This document shows positions 21,001-31,531 of a stretch of 64,000 nt of DNA, in pieces; the stretch's first letter is position 1; every line of letters begins with the position of its first letter. Source of the DNA: an uncultured delta proteobacterium (GTDB lineage: Bacteria > Desulfobacterota > Desulfobacteria > Desulfobacterales > B30-G6); the NCBI GenBank assembly GCA_963823335.1, contig CAWGLD010000007.1:64001-128000 (forward strand). Direction: 5' to 3'. The notes under the pieces were generated by a model. The model made no database searches, had not been told where the DNA came from, and worked only from the letters and a program-made list of their open reading frames with translations. Position numbers and translations under genes: made by a program.

Positions 21001-22590
21001 TTATACAAACCACCATCGTTCACCGTTTCGCATGCCATCCAGTGCCATGTGACCTGAGATAGGTCCATGTGTCACCTTGCTTGAACTGGCTTCAACCATC
21101 TGATTGAACATGGGAACAACCGTTCCGCTGTCATTTCTACATATTTCCTGCATATCCTCGTACATCTGTCTACGTTTGCCTTCATCCAGTTCTGCTCTTG
21201 CGGCTACCAGCAGTTTGTTAAATCGCTCATTGCTCCAGTGGGTATCATTCCAGGGAGCCCCATCAGCATAGGCAACCGAGAACATCATATCTTCAACGGG
21301 ACGTCCGCCCCAGTAACACATACACCACTCTTTTTTGATCCAGACATTGCTCCAGTACCCGTCATCAGGCTCTCGAACGACATTGATGTTGATGCCCGCT
21401 TTTTTCGCCTGTTCCTTCATGAGCACGGCAGCATCGACGGCACCGGCAAAAGCGGCATCGGCAGCATGCAGATTAAAAACGTGATCCAGCATGCCTGCTT
21501 TTGTCATATAGAATTTTGCCTTGTCCGGGTCATATTTTCGTTGTTCCAGATTTTTTGCGTGGTATTTATTGACGGGTGCAATGGGATGATCGTTGCCGAC
21601 TTCGCCATAGCCGCGCAAAACTTGCTTCAATAATGCTTCACGGTCAACAGCCAGCTTCAATGCCATGCGAACATTATTGTCATTGTATGGTTGTTGATCG
21701 ACAAGCATGGGGATGGTGTAGTGGGCTGTTGCCGTTATACCGGTAACATTTATTCCCGGCATTTTTTTCATGAGATGGACGGTTTTCAGCTCAACACGAT
21801 CCATGTAGTGTATCTGGCCGGTCTTCAAGGCATTTGTCCTGGCATTCGTATCAACGATAGACAAGGTTTCGATCTCATCAAAATGGGCCCTCCCCTCTTT
21901 CCAGTAATTGGGGTTGCGTTTTGCAAAGGACCTGACGCCTGGTTCCCAGGCCTCCAGAATATATCCCCCGGTACCGATGCCCTTTTCGAATTCCGGGCCT
22001 GCAGTTCCGGCAGGGCACATGGTTAAGTGATAGTCACCCAGGATAAACGGAAAATCGGCACTACCCCCGGAAAGCGTAAAAACAACTTCATATTTTCCAT
22101 CGGCTTTAATGGACTCAATGCTTTTCAAGTACCCTTTGGCTGCAGACTTGGAATCTTCACCCAGATGGTGGTTTATGGAAAAGATTACATCTTCCGATGT
22201 CATGGTTTTGCCATTGTGAAATTCTACATCCTTGCGCAGCTTAAACGTCCAGACTTTTGCATCGGGCGTTGAATCCCAGGATTCAGCGAGTTCGGGAATG
22301 ACATTGAAATTGTGATCGATTTCCACAAGACTGTTTCTTATCTGCCAGTTGATGTTCTGGTTCATGTTGGAAGTCAGTGTTGCGGGATCCATGGAGTCGG
22401 TAGTTGACCCGCCGGTAATGCCAATGATGAAGCGTCCACCCTTTTTGGGGGCAGCAGCCTGGGCTGTACCTGCAAGCAGCGCCGGGGAAAGCGTCGCTGC
22501 AAGACCCAGGGCTGAAACCTGTGCCATGAACTGTCGTCTACTAATTTTGTTCTGGTTAAACATTTCAGTTAATTTTGATAGCTCTGACAT
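21001..22590 (-). CDS. ABC transporter substrate-binding protein (family 5) with Tat signal
   Basis: SRRQFM twin-arginine motif; PELAESW, VEFHNGK and GTGGY motifs. Confidence 0.9.
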   Translation of the reverse strand: MSELSKLTEMFNQNKISRRQFMAQVSALGLAATLSPALLAGTAQAAAPKKGGRFIIGITGGSTTDSMDPATLTSNMNQNINWQIRNSLVEIDHNFNVIPELAESWDSTPDAKVWTFKLRKDVEFHNGKTMTSEDVIFSINHHLGEDSKSAAKGYLKSIESIKADGKYEVVFTLSGGSADFPFILGDYHLTMCPAGTAGPEFEKGIGTGGYILEAWEPGVRSFAKRNPNYWKEGRAHFDEIETLSIVDTNARTNALKTGQIHYMDRVELKTVHLMKKMPGINVTGITATAHYTIPMLVDQQPYNDNNVRMALKLAVDREALLKQVLRGYGEVGNDHPIAPVNKYHAKNLEQRKYDPDKAKFYMTKAGMLDHVFNLHAADAAFAGAVDAAVLMKEQAKKAGININVVREPDDGYWSNVWIKKEWCMCYWGGRPVEDMMFSVAYADGAPWNDTHWSNERFNKLLVAARAELDEGKRRQMYEDMQEICRNDSGTVVPMFNQMVEASSSKVTHGPISGHMALDGMRNGERWWFV

Positions 22591-22943
22591 GTTGACCTCC
22601 TTTTCAATTGTTGATTAATAAAAAGATATGAAATGTTCATATGATTCTGCAGGTCCTGCAGACGTGTGATAATAGCTTTCAGCTGCGAGTCTATCCAAAA
22701 CAGACATCACCAGACAGGAACTTGCTTTTTCTAAATTGAACCGAAAAAGCGAACGTATTCCCCGCTGCTTGCAGCGGGAACTTTCAATATGTCAAAATGA
22801 TACCTACGCGTCAATACTTTATTTAATACAGTAAGTTGTGATCATAGCATTCCTCCCCGGGCATTCGATTTTAGTTTTTGCGCGCACAATTGCCGTTTCT
22901 ATCATCGATCGCCGACAACCCAATTCGCACCAGCCAGTGGCGA

Positions 22944-24056
22944 TCAGAAAAGTATCGCTTTCAGGGCAGTCAAAAGGCGGGAGACATTCTCCTGCCGCGC
23001 CGTGTGGCCCATGAGCCCGATACGCCAGATTTGTCCAGCCAAAGGCCCCAGACCGGCTCCGATTTCAATCTTGTACTGTGTAAGCAGCACGCTGCGCACG
23101 GCAGCTTCATCAACACCATCCGGGACTCTCACGGAGTTGAGCATGGGGAGACGATCCGCAGGTGCCACCAGCATGGAAAGCCCCATAGCCTCAAGCCCGT
23201 CCACCAGTTCTTCGTGATATGTCAGGTGCCGCTGATAAACGCTGTCAATCCCCTCCTCCATGATCAGTTGCAGTGCCTGATACAGACCATAATGCATGTT
23301 GATGGGGGCTGTGTGGTGATAGGCACGGGTGGCGCCTTTCCAATATTTCATGATCATGGAAAGATCCAGGTACCAGTTGGGCACCTTGGTTTTGCGGTTT
23401 TCTAAAGCGGCTACGGCCTTTTTCGAGAATGAAAGCGGCGCCAGGCCCGGGGGGCAGGAAAGGCATTTCTGGGTACCGCTGTATAGGGCATCGATTCCCC
23501 ATGCATCCATGGCAATCTCGATACCACCGAGACTGGTAACGGCATCCACCAGATAGATTGTTTCAGAATTCTTTAACAACGCGCCGATTTCCTGCACCGG
23601 GTTTTTCACACCCGTGGAGGTCTCTGCATGAACCACGGCAACAATCTTGTAGGACTTTTTCATAAGTGCTGACTGCACCTCGCCGGTCACCACCGGCGTG
23701 CCCCATTCAAATTCCAGGGTGTCGACACGTGCGCCTAAACGCTGGGCCACATCCTGCATGCGCATACCGAAAACACCATTGATGAGAATGAGCACGGGAT
23801 CATCTTTTTCGATCAGGTTCACAAAACAGGCTTCCATCCCGCAAGATCCGGTTCCCGACATGGGGATTGTCAGTGTGTTGTCCGTATTGAGCAAGGTTCG
23901 AAGGTTCTCTTTGATGGCATCCATGATGCGGATGAAGTAGGGGTCCAGGTGACCGAGGGACTTTTTGGATAGTGCCTCGTAAACCGCATCATGAACACAG
24001 GAAGGACCTGGGCCCATCAACAGAATTTCTTCAATGCCGTCAAGTAAATTGTCCAT
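22944..24056 (-). CDS. Class V aminotransferase (alanine-glyoxylate/serine-pyruvate)
   Basis: LMGPGPS, VHAETSTGV, SGTQKCL and YHHTAP motifs. Confidence 0.92.
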   Translation of the reverse strand: MDNLLDGIEEILLMGPGPSCVHDAVYEALSKKSLGHLDPYFIRIMDAIKENLRTLLNTDNTLTIPMSGTGSCGMEACFVNLIEKDDPVLILINGVFGMRMQDVAQRLGARVDTLEFEWGTPVVTGEVQSALMKKSYKIVAVVHAETSTGVKNPVQEIGALLKNSETIYLVDAVTSLGGIEIAMDAWGIDALYSGTQKCLSCPPGLAPLSFSKKAVAALENRKTKVPNWYLDLSMIMKYWKGATRAYHHTAPINMHYGLYQALQLIMEEGIDSVYQRHLTYHEELVDGLEAMGLSMLVAPADRLPMLNSVRVPDGVDEAAVRSVLLTQYKIEIGAGLGPLAGQIWRIGLMGHTARQENVSRLLTALKAILF

Positions 24057-24186
24057 TCTCAGTTTGATCCTTTCAATTTTCGTGTTTGCCAGTCATAGAT
24101 TTATTTGAAGATGGCTATCCCGTTTATTGAAGCGCGCCCCTCAGCACGATAGGGGGAATGTGCTCATCATTTCCGCTCACCAAAGA

Positions 24187-24930
24187 TTAGCGGGAAGTTC
24201 CCTGGGCGACTGGGCACGCAAACTCGCAATACCGGCAGGGCTTTGAGACCCTGCTGGCCTCTTCGATCCCCATGATCGATCCATCGATCATTTCCGCATC
24301 AGCATCTCGTTGGTCGTTCTCCTTTTTGCAGAACGATCTCGCGAAGGCCCCGCTTCGAAACGCGTCCCTCGGGCATGCTTTGTGGCAAGGCCTGTCACAG
24401 TCATTGCAGGGATGGAAGTCGATGGGACCGGTTGGCGTCAGCTCAGCCTCCATGAAAATGGCCCTCAGGCGAACACGTGTTCCAAACTCCGGTGTGACCA
24501 GGAGGTTGTTTTTCCCGATCACTCCCAGACCGGCCAGATGGGCGGAATCCTTGAGGAAGGCACCACCGTACTCGATCTGATACGGCAGGGAAAGGGCCTT
24601 GATGCCAAGTTCTTCGCCCAGCCATATCCGCAGCTTTCTCGATTGCATCCGCATGATACCATTGCCGGGGGTAAAACCCGGAACTTTCATGCTCCACCAA
24701 TCAAGTACCGGTTTGGATGCGGGGTGAACCAGCGCCCATACCAGCACTGATTTGTGGTTTTGGTTCCATTTCACCTCCTTGTATTCCTGGTAAAATGGTT
24801 TTTTGTCGTATATCGCATAGGAGCTGGACGCCTTCAGGGATTCGATGGTCGCGATTCCCGCCAATGATGCGCCCAGCGCTTTCGCCTTCTCGACGATGGT
24901 TTTCTCTATCCCATTGCCTTCATACTTCAT
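24187..24930 (-). CDS. QueG/reductive-dehalogenase-like 4Fe-4S protein
   Basis: AGLGVIGKNNLLVTPEFGTRVRL plus CxxCxxxCxxxCP and CxxCxxxCP motifs. Confidence 0.8.
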   Translation of the reverse strand: MKYEGNGIEKTIVEKAKALGASLAGIATIESLKASSSYAIYDKKPFYQEYKEVKWNQNHKSVLVWALVHPASKPVLDWWSMKVPGFTPGNGIMRMQSRKLRIWLGEELGIKALSLPYQIEYGGAFLKDSAHLAGLGVIGKNNLLVTPEFGTRVRLRAIFMEAELTPTGPIDFHPCNDCDRPCHKACPRDAFRSGAFARSFCKKENDQRDADAEMIDGSIMGIEEASRVSKPCRYCEFACPVAQGTSR

Positions 24931-26998
24931 GTGCTTGATTCCTTTTCCCCATGGATTTCGTGTTCAGGCTAATCAGGGCATCGGCCGCAACCACCCCCTG
25001 CCCTTCTGCCTTAAGCAGCAGCGGGTTGATGTCGAGTTCGATGATGGAAGACGGGTCTTTCTCCAGCATGCCGGCAACCGACAGGATAACATCGGTGGCA
25101 GCGTTCAGATCGGCAGGGGGCGCGCCCCGGAAACCGTTTAAAAGCGGCGCACACTTCAACCGGCCCAGGGCATGCAACACCTGCTCCCTGGTGGTCGGCA
25201 TCAAAAGTGAAATACTGTCTTTCATCATCTCCACCAGAATGCCCCCCGCCCCCACCAAAAGATACGGACCGAATTGTTCATCGCGCGCCACGCCGACAAT
25301 CAGCTCCGCCACGACATTGTCCACCATTTTCTCGATCAGAAAAGACTCGCTAAGATCCGATATCTCCTTCACCGCCGTGGACACATCGTCTGCACTGCCG
25401 AGATCGAGCCTGACACCTCCCATGTCGGTTTTGTGTGCAACACCTAGCGCTTTGACGACAACAGGATAGCCCAGCGATTCGGCTGCCGCAACCGCTTCCC
25501 CGGCACTGCGAACGACCCTCCCCTGTGGAATCCGGACACCATGCCGGGCAAGAAGGTTTTTGGATTCGACCTCGTCCAACGTCCTGACACAATTCTCCTG
25601 GTATTGGCTGAAACCCGTGAGCAAGGGTGGGCTGGGAGATCGACGCCAGGCTGATCCCACATTTACGGCCGCCTGGATGCCCGCGATTCCAGCATCGATC
25701 CCGGCTAGCATGGCAACACCCTCTTTCATCAGACGCGCCGCCACCGTTTCCGAGATGGTATCGGAAAAGGTCGCCATCACCGCGGCTTTGGTATTGGTTT
25801 GCTTTGCCGCCCGGACAAAACCCCTCTCGGCCCCGCCCCAGGTCGACTGGTCGCAAAGATCTTCCCTGGGGTAATCGAGCAGACAGAGCGCCAGGTCGAA
25901 ATTTTCCGCCAAAAAGGCGCTGAAATTATCGGCCATGTGCTCCTCGTTATCCCAGTCGAACATCTGGAAATCGAAGGGATTGGCGGCTACCATCAGCTCG
26001 TGTATGATCCCGCGAAGACCCTGGGCTGTCTTTTCAGACAGGGGGGGCATGGTCAATCCCGGGCCCATGGCGTCGGCCAGAAGCGTGAGATCCCCCCCCG
26101 AGGTGCTCATGGCCCCTATTCGGCCACCGCTTAACGGGCCGAGAACGTGCAACACTTTCAGCGCTTCCATGAGTGCTTCCAGAGAATCCACACGCGCCAC
26201 GCCAAGACGTTCGAACAGAGCGCTCACCAGGGAATCGGAACCAGCAAGCGACGCCGTATGCGATACGACTATTTTTTTGGCAGCCTCGGACCGACCGGTC
26301 TTGATAGCTACGATGGGTTTCCCCACTTCTCTGGCAGATTCGACTGCCTCCTGGAAAGCCTTCGGGTCAGACATGGACTCCACGTATATCCCAAGCGCTG
26401 TGACCCGATCCTGCCGGGCAAAGGTGTGGATTGCATCGTGGAGATCGAATTTCAGTTTATTTCCCAGGGATATCATATAAGCGATGGGGAGACCGCGCCT
26501 CTGCATGGTGAGGTTGAAGCCCACGTTGGACGACATGGTGATAATGGCCACGCCCCGGTCAACCCGTCGGCCACCCTGCTGGTCGGGCCAGAGCATGGCC
26601 CCGTCGAGATAGTTGAGGATCCCATAGCAATTCGGCCCCACCAGGGGCATGTCACCCGAAGCCTGCAAAAGTTTGTCCTGGAGTTCGGAACCCTCCTCAC
26701 CCGCCTCGATAAAGCCGGTGGCATAACAGACGGCACCGCCCGCACCCCTTGCAGCAAGATCCCTGACGATGCCGATGGTGAGGTGACGGTTGACCCCCAC
26801 ATAGGCAGCATCCGGGCTTCCGGGCAGGTCCGCCACCGAGCGGTAGACCCTGCGCCCCAGGATCTCTGTTTTCTTGGGGTGGACCGGCCAGATCTCTCCT
26901 TGATACCCCATGCGGTCACTCTGGCGAATCACTTCCTGGGCCTGGGCACCGCCGAAAACGGCAATGGAACGTGGTTTCAAAAGACGCTCAAACGACAT
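24920..26998 (-). CDS. NDP-forming acyl-CoA synthetase (acetate-CoA ligase family, fused alpha/beta)
   Basis: LLKPRSIAV, GPNCYG, SHTASLAG and ELDINPL motifs; GGAGG RBS before ATG at 26998. Confidence 0.88.
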   Translation of the reverse strand: MSFERLLKPRSIAVFGGAQAQEVIRQSDRMGYQGEIWPVHPKKTEILGRRVYRSVADLPGSPDAAYVGVNRHLTIGIVRDLAARGAGGAVCYATGFIEAGEEGSELQDKLLQASGDMPLVGPNCYGILNYLDGAMLWPDQQGGRRVDRGVAIITMSSNVGFNLTMQRRGLPIAYMISLGNKLKFDLHDAIHTFARQDRVTALGIYVESMSDPKAFQEAVESAREVGKPIVAIKTGRSEAAKKIVVSHTASLAGSDSLVSALFERLGVARVDSLEALMEALKVLHVLGPLSGGRIGAMSTSGGDLTLLADAMGPGLTMPPLSEKTAQGLRGIIHELMVAANPFDFQMFDWDNEEHMADNFSAFLAENFDLALCLLDYPREDLCDQSTWGGAERGFVRAAKQTNTKAAVMATFSDTISETVAARLMKEGVAMLAGIDAGIAGIQAAVNVGSAWRRSPSPPLLTGFSQYQENCVRTLDEVESKNLLARHGVRIPQGRVVRSAGEAVAAAESLGYPVVVKALGVAHKTDMGGVRLDLGSADDVSTAVKEISDLSESFLIEKMVDNVVAELIVGVARDEQFGPYLLVGAGGILVEMMKDSISLLMPTTREQVLHALGRLKCAPLLNGFRGAPPADLNAATDVILSVAGMLEKDPSSIIELDINPLLLKAEGQGVVAADALISLNTKSMGKRNQAHEV

Positions 26999-27035
26999 GT
27001 GGTGACCTCCAGGCATACGTTTCACCGTTTTTGAT

Positions 27036-27989
27036 TTACGGGGAATCGATGATAGAACGAATTTCGGCGATATGTACCGGCCGGGTACCACAGCACCCTC
27101 CCACGACCGTGGCACCGCTTTCAATCCACTCAGTTACGTGTAGACCATAACGCTGCGGGTCAAGATCCGGCCGAAAGGCCAGGGTCCCATCGGTTTCTTT
27201 TTCTCCATCGAGTTCCCAGTCCTGTGGGATTGGAGCAAAGGTATTTGCATAACCCCCGATCCATTCGGTACCGGTTGCAGCCAGTAAAGGCATGGCACGG
27301 GTAATGCTTTCCGGCGCACAGCAGTTCACCAGGAACCCATGCACAGGTAAATCCCGCAGCACATTGACGGCATCTGTAATGGATTCACCGCTTCTCAGAT
27401 TGCCGGATCGATCTTCGTGCAGTGTCCAGGCCACCCAGACCGGTTTACCGGTTTCACAGGCTGCTTTGGCTGCAGCGTGCCCTTCCGCAGTGCTGGACAT
27501 GGTTTCACACAACAACAGGTCCACGTGCGGGGCCAGCAGTTCCGCCTGCTCCCTATAGAGGGCCTCTATTTTATCGCCGGGCCCTACCAGATCCGGACGA
27601 AAGCTCCCTCCCAGAGGGGGCAGCGAACCGGCAATCAGGACCTCACGTGACGAGTTGTCACGCGCTTCAATCGCCAGGATACAGGCAAGTGTGTTGAGTT
27701 CGGCAAACCGGTCTTCGATTCCCTCTTTTGCAAGGTCATTTCGGATGACACCATACGTGTTGGTGGTAATGATATCGGCCCCGGCTGCAATGTAATCCAT
27801 ATGGACCTGACGTACCACCGCAGGATCGCTCATCAATGCCCCGGCAGACCAGATGGTCTTCGGCACAGCCACCCCCCTGAAGCGCAATTCGCGCCCTAAA
27901 CCGCCGTCAAGCAGAACCGGCTTGTCTGGAAATTGTAATAATCCCAAGGTTCGTTTCCTGATAAATGAGTTGTATTGCTTCAATCCCAA
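27036..27989 (-). CDS. Homocysteine S-methyltransferase family protein; start uncertain
   Basis: LLDGGLGREL, AGADIITTNTY, VNCC and GGCCGT Zn-ligand motifs. Confidence 0.9.
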   Translation of the reverse strand: MGLKQYNSFIRKRTLGLLQFPDKPVLLDGGLGRELRFRGVAVPKTIWSAGALMSDPAVVRQVHMDYIAAGADIITTNTYGVIRNDLAKEGIEDRFAELNTLACILAIEARDNSSREVLIAGSLPPLGGSFRPDLVGPGDKIEALYREQAELLAPHVDLLLCETMSSTAEGHAAAKAACETGKPVWVAWTLHEDRSGNLRSGESITDAVNVLRDLPVHGFLVNCCAPESITRAMPLLAATGTEWIGGYANTFAPIPQDWELDGEKETDGTLAFRPDLDPQRYGLHVTEWIESGATVVGGCCGTRPVHIAEIRSIIDSP

Positions 27990-28000
27990 AAGTTGAGTTA

Positions 28001-29470
28001 TTACTTCTTCGGTATGGATGGTTCATGAACATCATCAGGGATATCCATTATCTTTTTGGCATATTCGACATATTCTTCCATGGGCGTCGTAAACCTCACC
28101 ACCAGCTTGGCCCCGTCCGGTGATCCGCCGCCATGCATACAGCCCGGGACCCCCGCGCCGATACTCAACCACTCGGACAGACGGGCCGCTTTGAAACGGG
28201 ACTCTGCCGAGCAATCCCCGGCTTTCAGGCATTTTTTCAGAAACGGGCCGTATTCCGGGTGAGAGACATCTTCATACGAGGGCATGCAGCCGGTTTCAAC
28301 GATACCACCGCCGATTTCCTGGGTCAGACGTTTGACCTCGTAAGGCAGCGTTGCCACCATCACCTTGTTGGTGTGAGCCGTATGGGGATCTGCAAAAAAT
28401 GATCCTGAATCATGCTGGAAACCCAGGGCACAGGCACCGGCACCCAGTCCGAAGGTTATGGTGTTGTTGACACTCATGTCCACCAGCTTGTTCATGAATG
28501 TTTTGGCCTTCAAACCGTTGGCACGCGCCATCAGAATCGAAGCCCCGATCATGACATCCCCTTGACCGGTGACACAACCGCCGATGCAAGCCCGGTAGTT
28601 GGCGGTAAAATATTGAATCACTTTGCCCGAATATTTGGCTTCCCGGCACATGAATACACGCTCGTTGGGTACAAAGACATCATCAAAAAGCAGCCAGCCC
28701 TGGGTAATACCCGTATCCGGTACTTCCACGTCGGACGTTCTTTCAAATTCACGTTTATCGCTGGGATGCCGGGCTTCCACGATGGTCAACCCCTGGATGT
28801 CCCGCGGTACCACGCAAGCCAGCGCATAATCTTTGTCCGGATCTTTGTAGCCACTGCCCGGCAGCAGGAATATCTCCTGAGACGCCGCGGTGCCGCAGAT
28901 CATCAACTTGGCCCCGCGAATGACGATGCCGTCTTCGCGAACCTCTTTTACGTGCAGGTTGGTGTCCGTTTCGGCCTGCTGGGAAGGGGTCTTGCTCCGA
29001 TCCCCCTTGGCGTCGGTCAACGCGCCCGCAACCGTCAAACCCTCTTTTTCTGCATGCAGGATCCAGTTTTTCAAACGCGTTTTGTAATCCGTGCCGTATT
29101 CCGTATCCATCTCCTGGGTAACGGCCCACATGACGTTCATGGCATTCCAGCCCACACAGACCGCGCCTGTGCAGGTACCGGTGCGGCGGTAGTTCTGACG
29201 TTTGAACTTCATGTTGCTGATCAAAGCGCCTTCATCCTGCATCATGGAATTCCAGCGCAGTATCTTTTCACCCGTAAAAATCGATTTAGCCGTGTACATC
29301 TTTTCCAGTTCAGGGTCCCCAGCCGCATCGAAACACCGGGCGTGGCTTTCAACGGTCCGCTTGGTGGCCGGATGGGTCGTGACGTCCTGGATCAACTCCC
29401 CAAATTTATATATGTTCGGTCTCATTTTTCTAAGTGCTGCAAGATAGTCGTCGCGTGTTTTAATTGCCAT
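28001..29470 (-). CDS. 4-hydroxybutyryl-CoA dehydratase / 4-hydroxyphenylacetate 3-hydroxylase family protein
   Basis: ALTDAKGDRS, GIVIRGAK, FDDVFVPNERVF and MHGGGSP motifs, with AbfD-like Cys residues. Confidence 0.85.
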   Translation of the reverse strand: MAIKTRDDYLAALRKMRPNIYKFGELIQDVTTHPATKRTVESHARCFDAAGDPELEKMYTAKSIFTGEKILRWNSMMQDEGALISNMKFKRQNYRRTGTCTGAVCVGWNAMNVMWAVTQEMDTEYGTDYKTRLKNWILHAEKEGLTVAGALTDAKGDRSKTPSQQAETDTNLHVKEVREDGIVIRGAKLMICGTAASQEIFLLPGSGYKDPDKDYALACVVPRDIQGLTIVEARHPSDKREFERTSDVEVPDTGITQGWLLFDDVFVPNERVFMCREAKYSGKVIQYFTANYRACIGGCVTGQGDVMIGASILMARANGLKAKTFMNKLVDMSVNNTITFGLGAGACALGFQHDSGSFFADPHTAHTNKVMVATLPYEVKRLTQEIGGGIVETGCMPSYEDVSHPEYGPFLKKCLKAGDCSAESRFKAARLSEWLSIGAGVPGCMHGGGSPDGAKLVVRFTTPMEEYVEYAKKIMDIPDDVHEPSIPKK

Positions 29471-29489
29471 GGTTCCTTCCTCTTTCCTT

Positions 29490-30506
29490 TTATTGGCAGC
29501 TGACCTGCTGCTGCTTATACTCCCTGATTTTTTCCAATATCAGCGGCACAAACTCCCGGCAGTCATCCACAATTCCATAATCCACCTGATCGAATACCGG
29601 CGATTTTTTATCGCTGTTGATGGCGATCATGACTTTTGCACCGGTTACACCGACCATGTGCTGCTGTTCACCGGACAATCCGATACCGATATAGGTTTCC
29701 GGACTGACCATCTTACCGCTCTGACCGATCATGGTGTCCAGTTCCGCCCAGCCTTCATCCACAGCAGGGCGGGTGCATCCCAGCCCCGCATTCAATGCCG
29801 TTGCCAATTCGGCAATCCGGTTCCAGCCGTGGATGTCTCCGGCCCCGGCCCCACCCGCAAGAACACATGACGCCGTATCCAATGGAATGCCGTCCGGTTC
29901 CTCTACCACAACCTCCAGGGTTTGGATCCTGCCGGTGAAATGAAACGGGCCCTGGATCGACACGATTTCATGCTTTCGTCCCCCTTCCGGTAATGGATCT
30001 GGAAATACGCCCTGAGCCACGGTGGCCATCTGGGGCCTTTTCTCCGGACAGACAATGGTGATCTCACCACCATAGGCCGGAATTTTCTGTTCGAGGATGC
30101 CTTCCTGGTTGATGCAAAGATCGATGCAGTGGGCTGTCAGACCGGTTTCGAGTCGGGCCGCCACCAAGGGTGCAAGCTCCCGACCCGCAGAGGTGGATCC
30201 CATGAGCATGATCTGGGGCTGGTGTTCCCGGACCAGTTTGACAATGGCGTCCGTGTAAGTTTCCGGGTGATAGACATCCAGATCCGGGTGGTCGCCCACA
30301 TAAATGCGGTCCGCACCGGCGGCAAATATTTTTTCTACAAAAGTGTCGACCCCATGGCCCAACAGCACGACTTCCAGGGATGTTGCCAGCCCGTCGGCAA
30401 GTAGACGCGCCCGACCCACAAGCTGCGGCGTTACCGGCAAAAGATTACAGTTTTCCTGGTCGGCAATGACCCATATTGGGTCGTTATCATGATTCATTAT
30501 GTTCAC
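29490..30506 (-). CDS. etfA: Electron transfer flavoprotein alpha subunit
   Basis: GCTRPAVD, IGQSGK and GLSGEQQH motifs. Confidence 0.9.
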   Translation of the reverse strand: MNIMNHDNDPIWVIADQENCNLLPVTPQLVGRARLLADGLATSLEVVLLGHGVDTFVEKIFAAGADRIYVGDHPDLDVYHPETYTDAIVKLVREHQPQIMLMGSTSAGRELAPLVAARLETGLTAHCIDLCINQEGILEQKIPAYGGEITIVCPEKRPQMATVAQGVFPDPLPEGGRKHEIVSIQGPFHFTGRIQTLEVVVEEPDGIPLDTASCVLAGGAGAGDIHGWNRIAELATALNAGLGCTRPAVDEGWAELDTMIGQSGKMVSPETYIGIGLSGEQQHMVGVTGAKVMIAINSDKKSPVFDQVDYGIVDDCREFVPLILEKIREYKQQQVSCQ

Positions 30507-30613
30507 TCATTTACATTGGTCTTTTTCTTTAATACCCGGGTTCAAAGAGCCCGGCACTGGGTCGCCCCTATTACGGAATAAAACGCTTCATCACGTTTTG
30601 TTAAATATTCGGA

Positions 30614-31411
30614 TTAGAGCACGCCCCCTTCTATCAGTTTCTGTAAAAGCAGTTCTGCCTTCTCTTCCCGGGTTCCTTCCAGAAACGTGACCCTGCGTGT
30701 ATTTTCAACGGTGCGCATTTTCGTCACGATGGTGGGAGAGCCCTTGATGCCGACCGTTTCGGCCGGCACACCCAGATCCTCCAGACCCCAGTGGGTGATG
30801 ACCTTTTTCCTGGCCTTGATGATCCCCGAAAAGCTTAGCGCTCTGGGAACGTTTAGATCTCGGGTTACCGTCAGCAATGCCGGCAGTCTGACCCGTATCC
30901 GTCGGTACCCATTTTCCTGGGCCGATTTCACTTCCCATGCTTCACCATTGCACATGCTTATTTCCTTGACCCTGGTCACCACCGGCATATCCAGCATAAC
31001 CGCCATTTCCGGCCCCACCCATTCGGTAGCCCCGTCACTGCTGGCCATCCCGCAAAGCACGAGATCCACATTACCGATCTTCTGAATCCCCTTGACCAGT
31101 GTAAACGCCGTGGCATAGGCATCGGCGCCACCAAAACACGGATCGCAAAGCAGGAGACCCTTGTCGGCGCCCAGTGCCATGCACTCTTTAACGATACTGC
31201 CTGCTTCAGGAGGACCCATGCTCAGTACACAGATGTGGGCCTCCGTCTCCGTCTTGATCCGGAGCGCGGCCTCCAGGGCATGCTTGTCCAGCGGGTTCAG
31301 CACCATGGGCACATCGCATCGCAGCAATGTTTTGGCAACCGGATCGATTTTCAGGTTACAGGCCTGTTTGGGATCCGGCACCGCCTTGACACAGACGACG
31401 ATATTTAGCAT
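30614..31411 (-). CDS. etfB: Electron transfer flavoprotein beta subunit
   Basis: VCVKAVPD, NPLDKHALE, SMGP and GSPT motifs. Confidence 0.9.
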   Translation of the reverse strand: MLNIVVCVKAVPDPKQACNLKIDPVAKTLLRCDVPMVLNPLDKHALEAALRIKTETEAHICVLSMGPPEAGSIVKECMALGADKGLLLCDPCFGGADAYATAFTLVKGIQKIGNVDLVLCGMASSDGATEWVGPEMAVMLDMPVVTRVKEISMCNGEAWEVKSAQENGYRRIRVRLPALLTVTRDLNVPRALSFSGIIKARKKVITHWGLEDLGVPAETVGIKGSPTIVTKMRTVENTRRVTFLEGTREEKAELLLQKLIEGGVL

Positions 31412-31531
31412 TTACTAATTCCTGAATAATTCTAAGAATTTGCTTTATTTGATTTATTTCTAGATTAAATACACTGCATAATGGAAACGAACAGAATCTT
31501 TATCTGCGACTAACCCGGGCTGCCACTGAAT

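Noticed and set aside
24187-24930. True reductive dehalogenase or queG
   Set aside because: Too short, no Tat signal or rdhB anchor, and lacks full QueG features; only the family-level call is supported.
28412-29503. Long antisense ORFs (also 33930-34856, 26147-27034 and others)
   Set aside because: They are shadows of well-supported opposite-strand genes and have no recognisable motifs.
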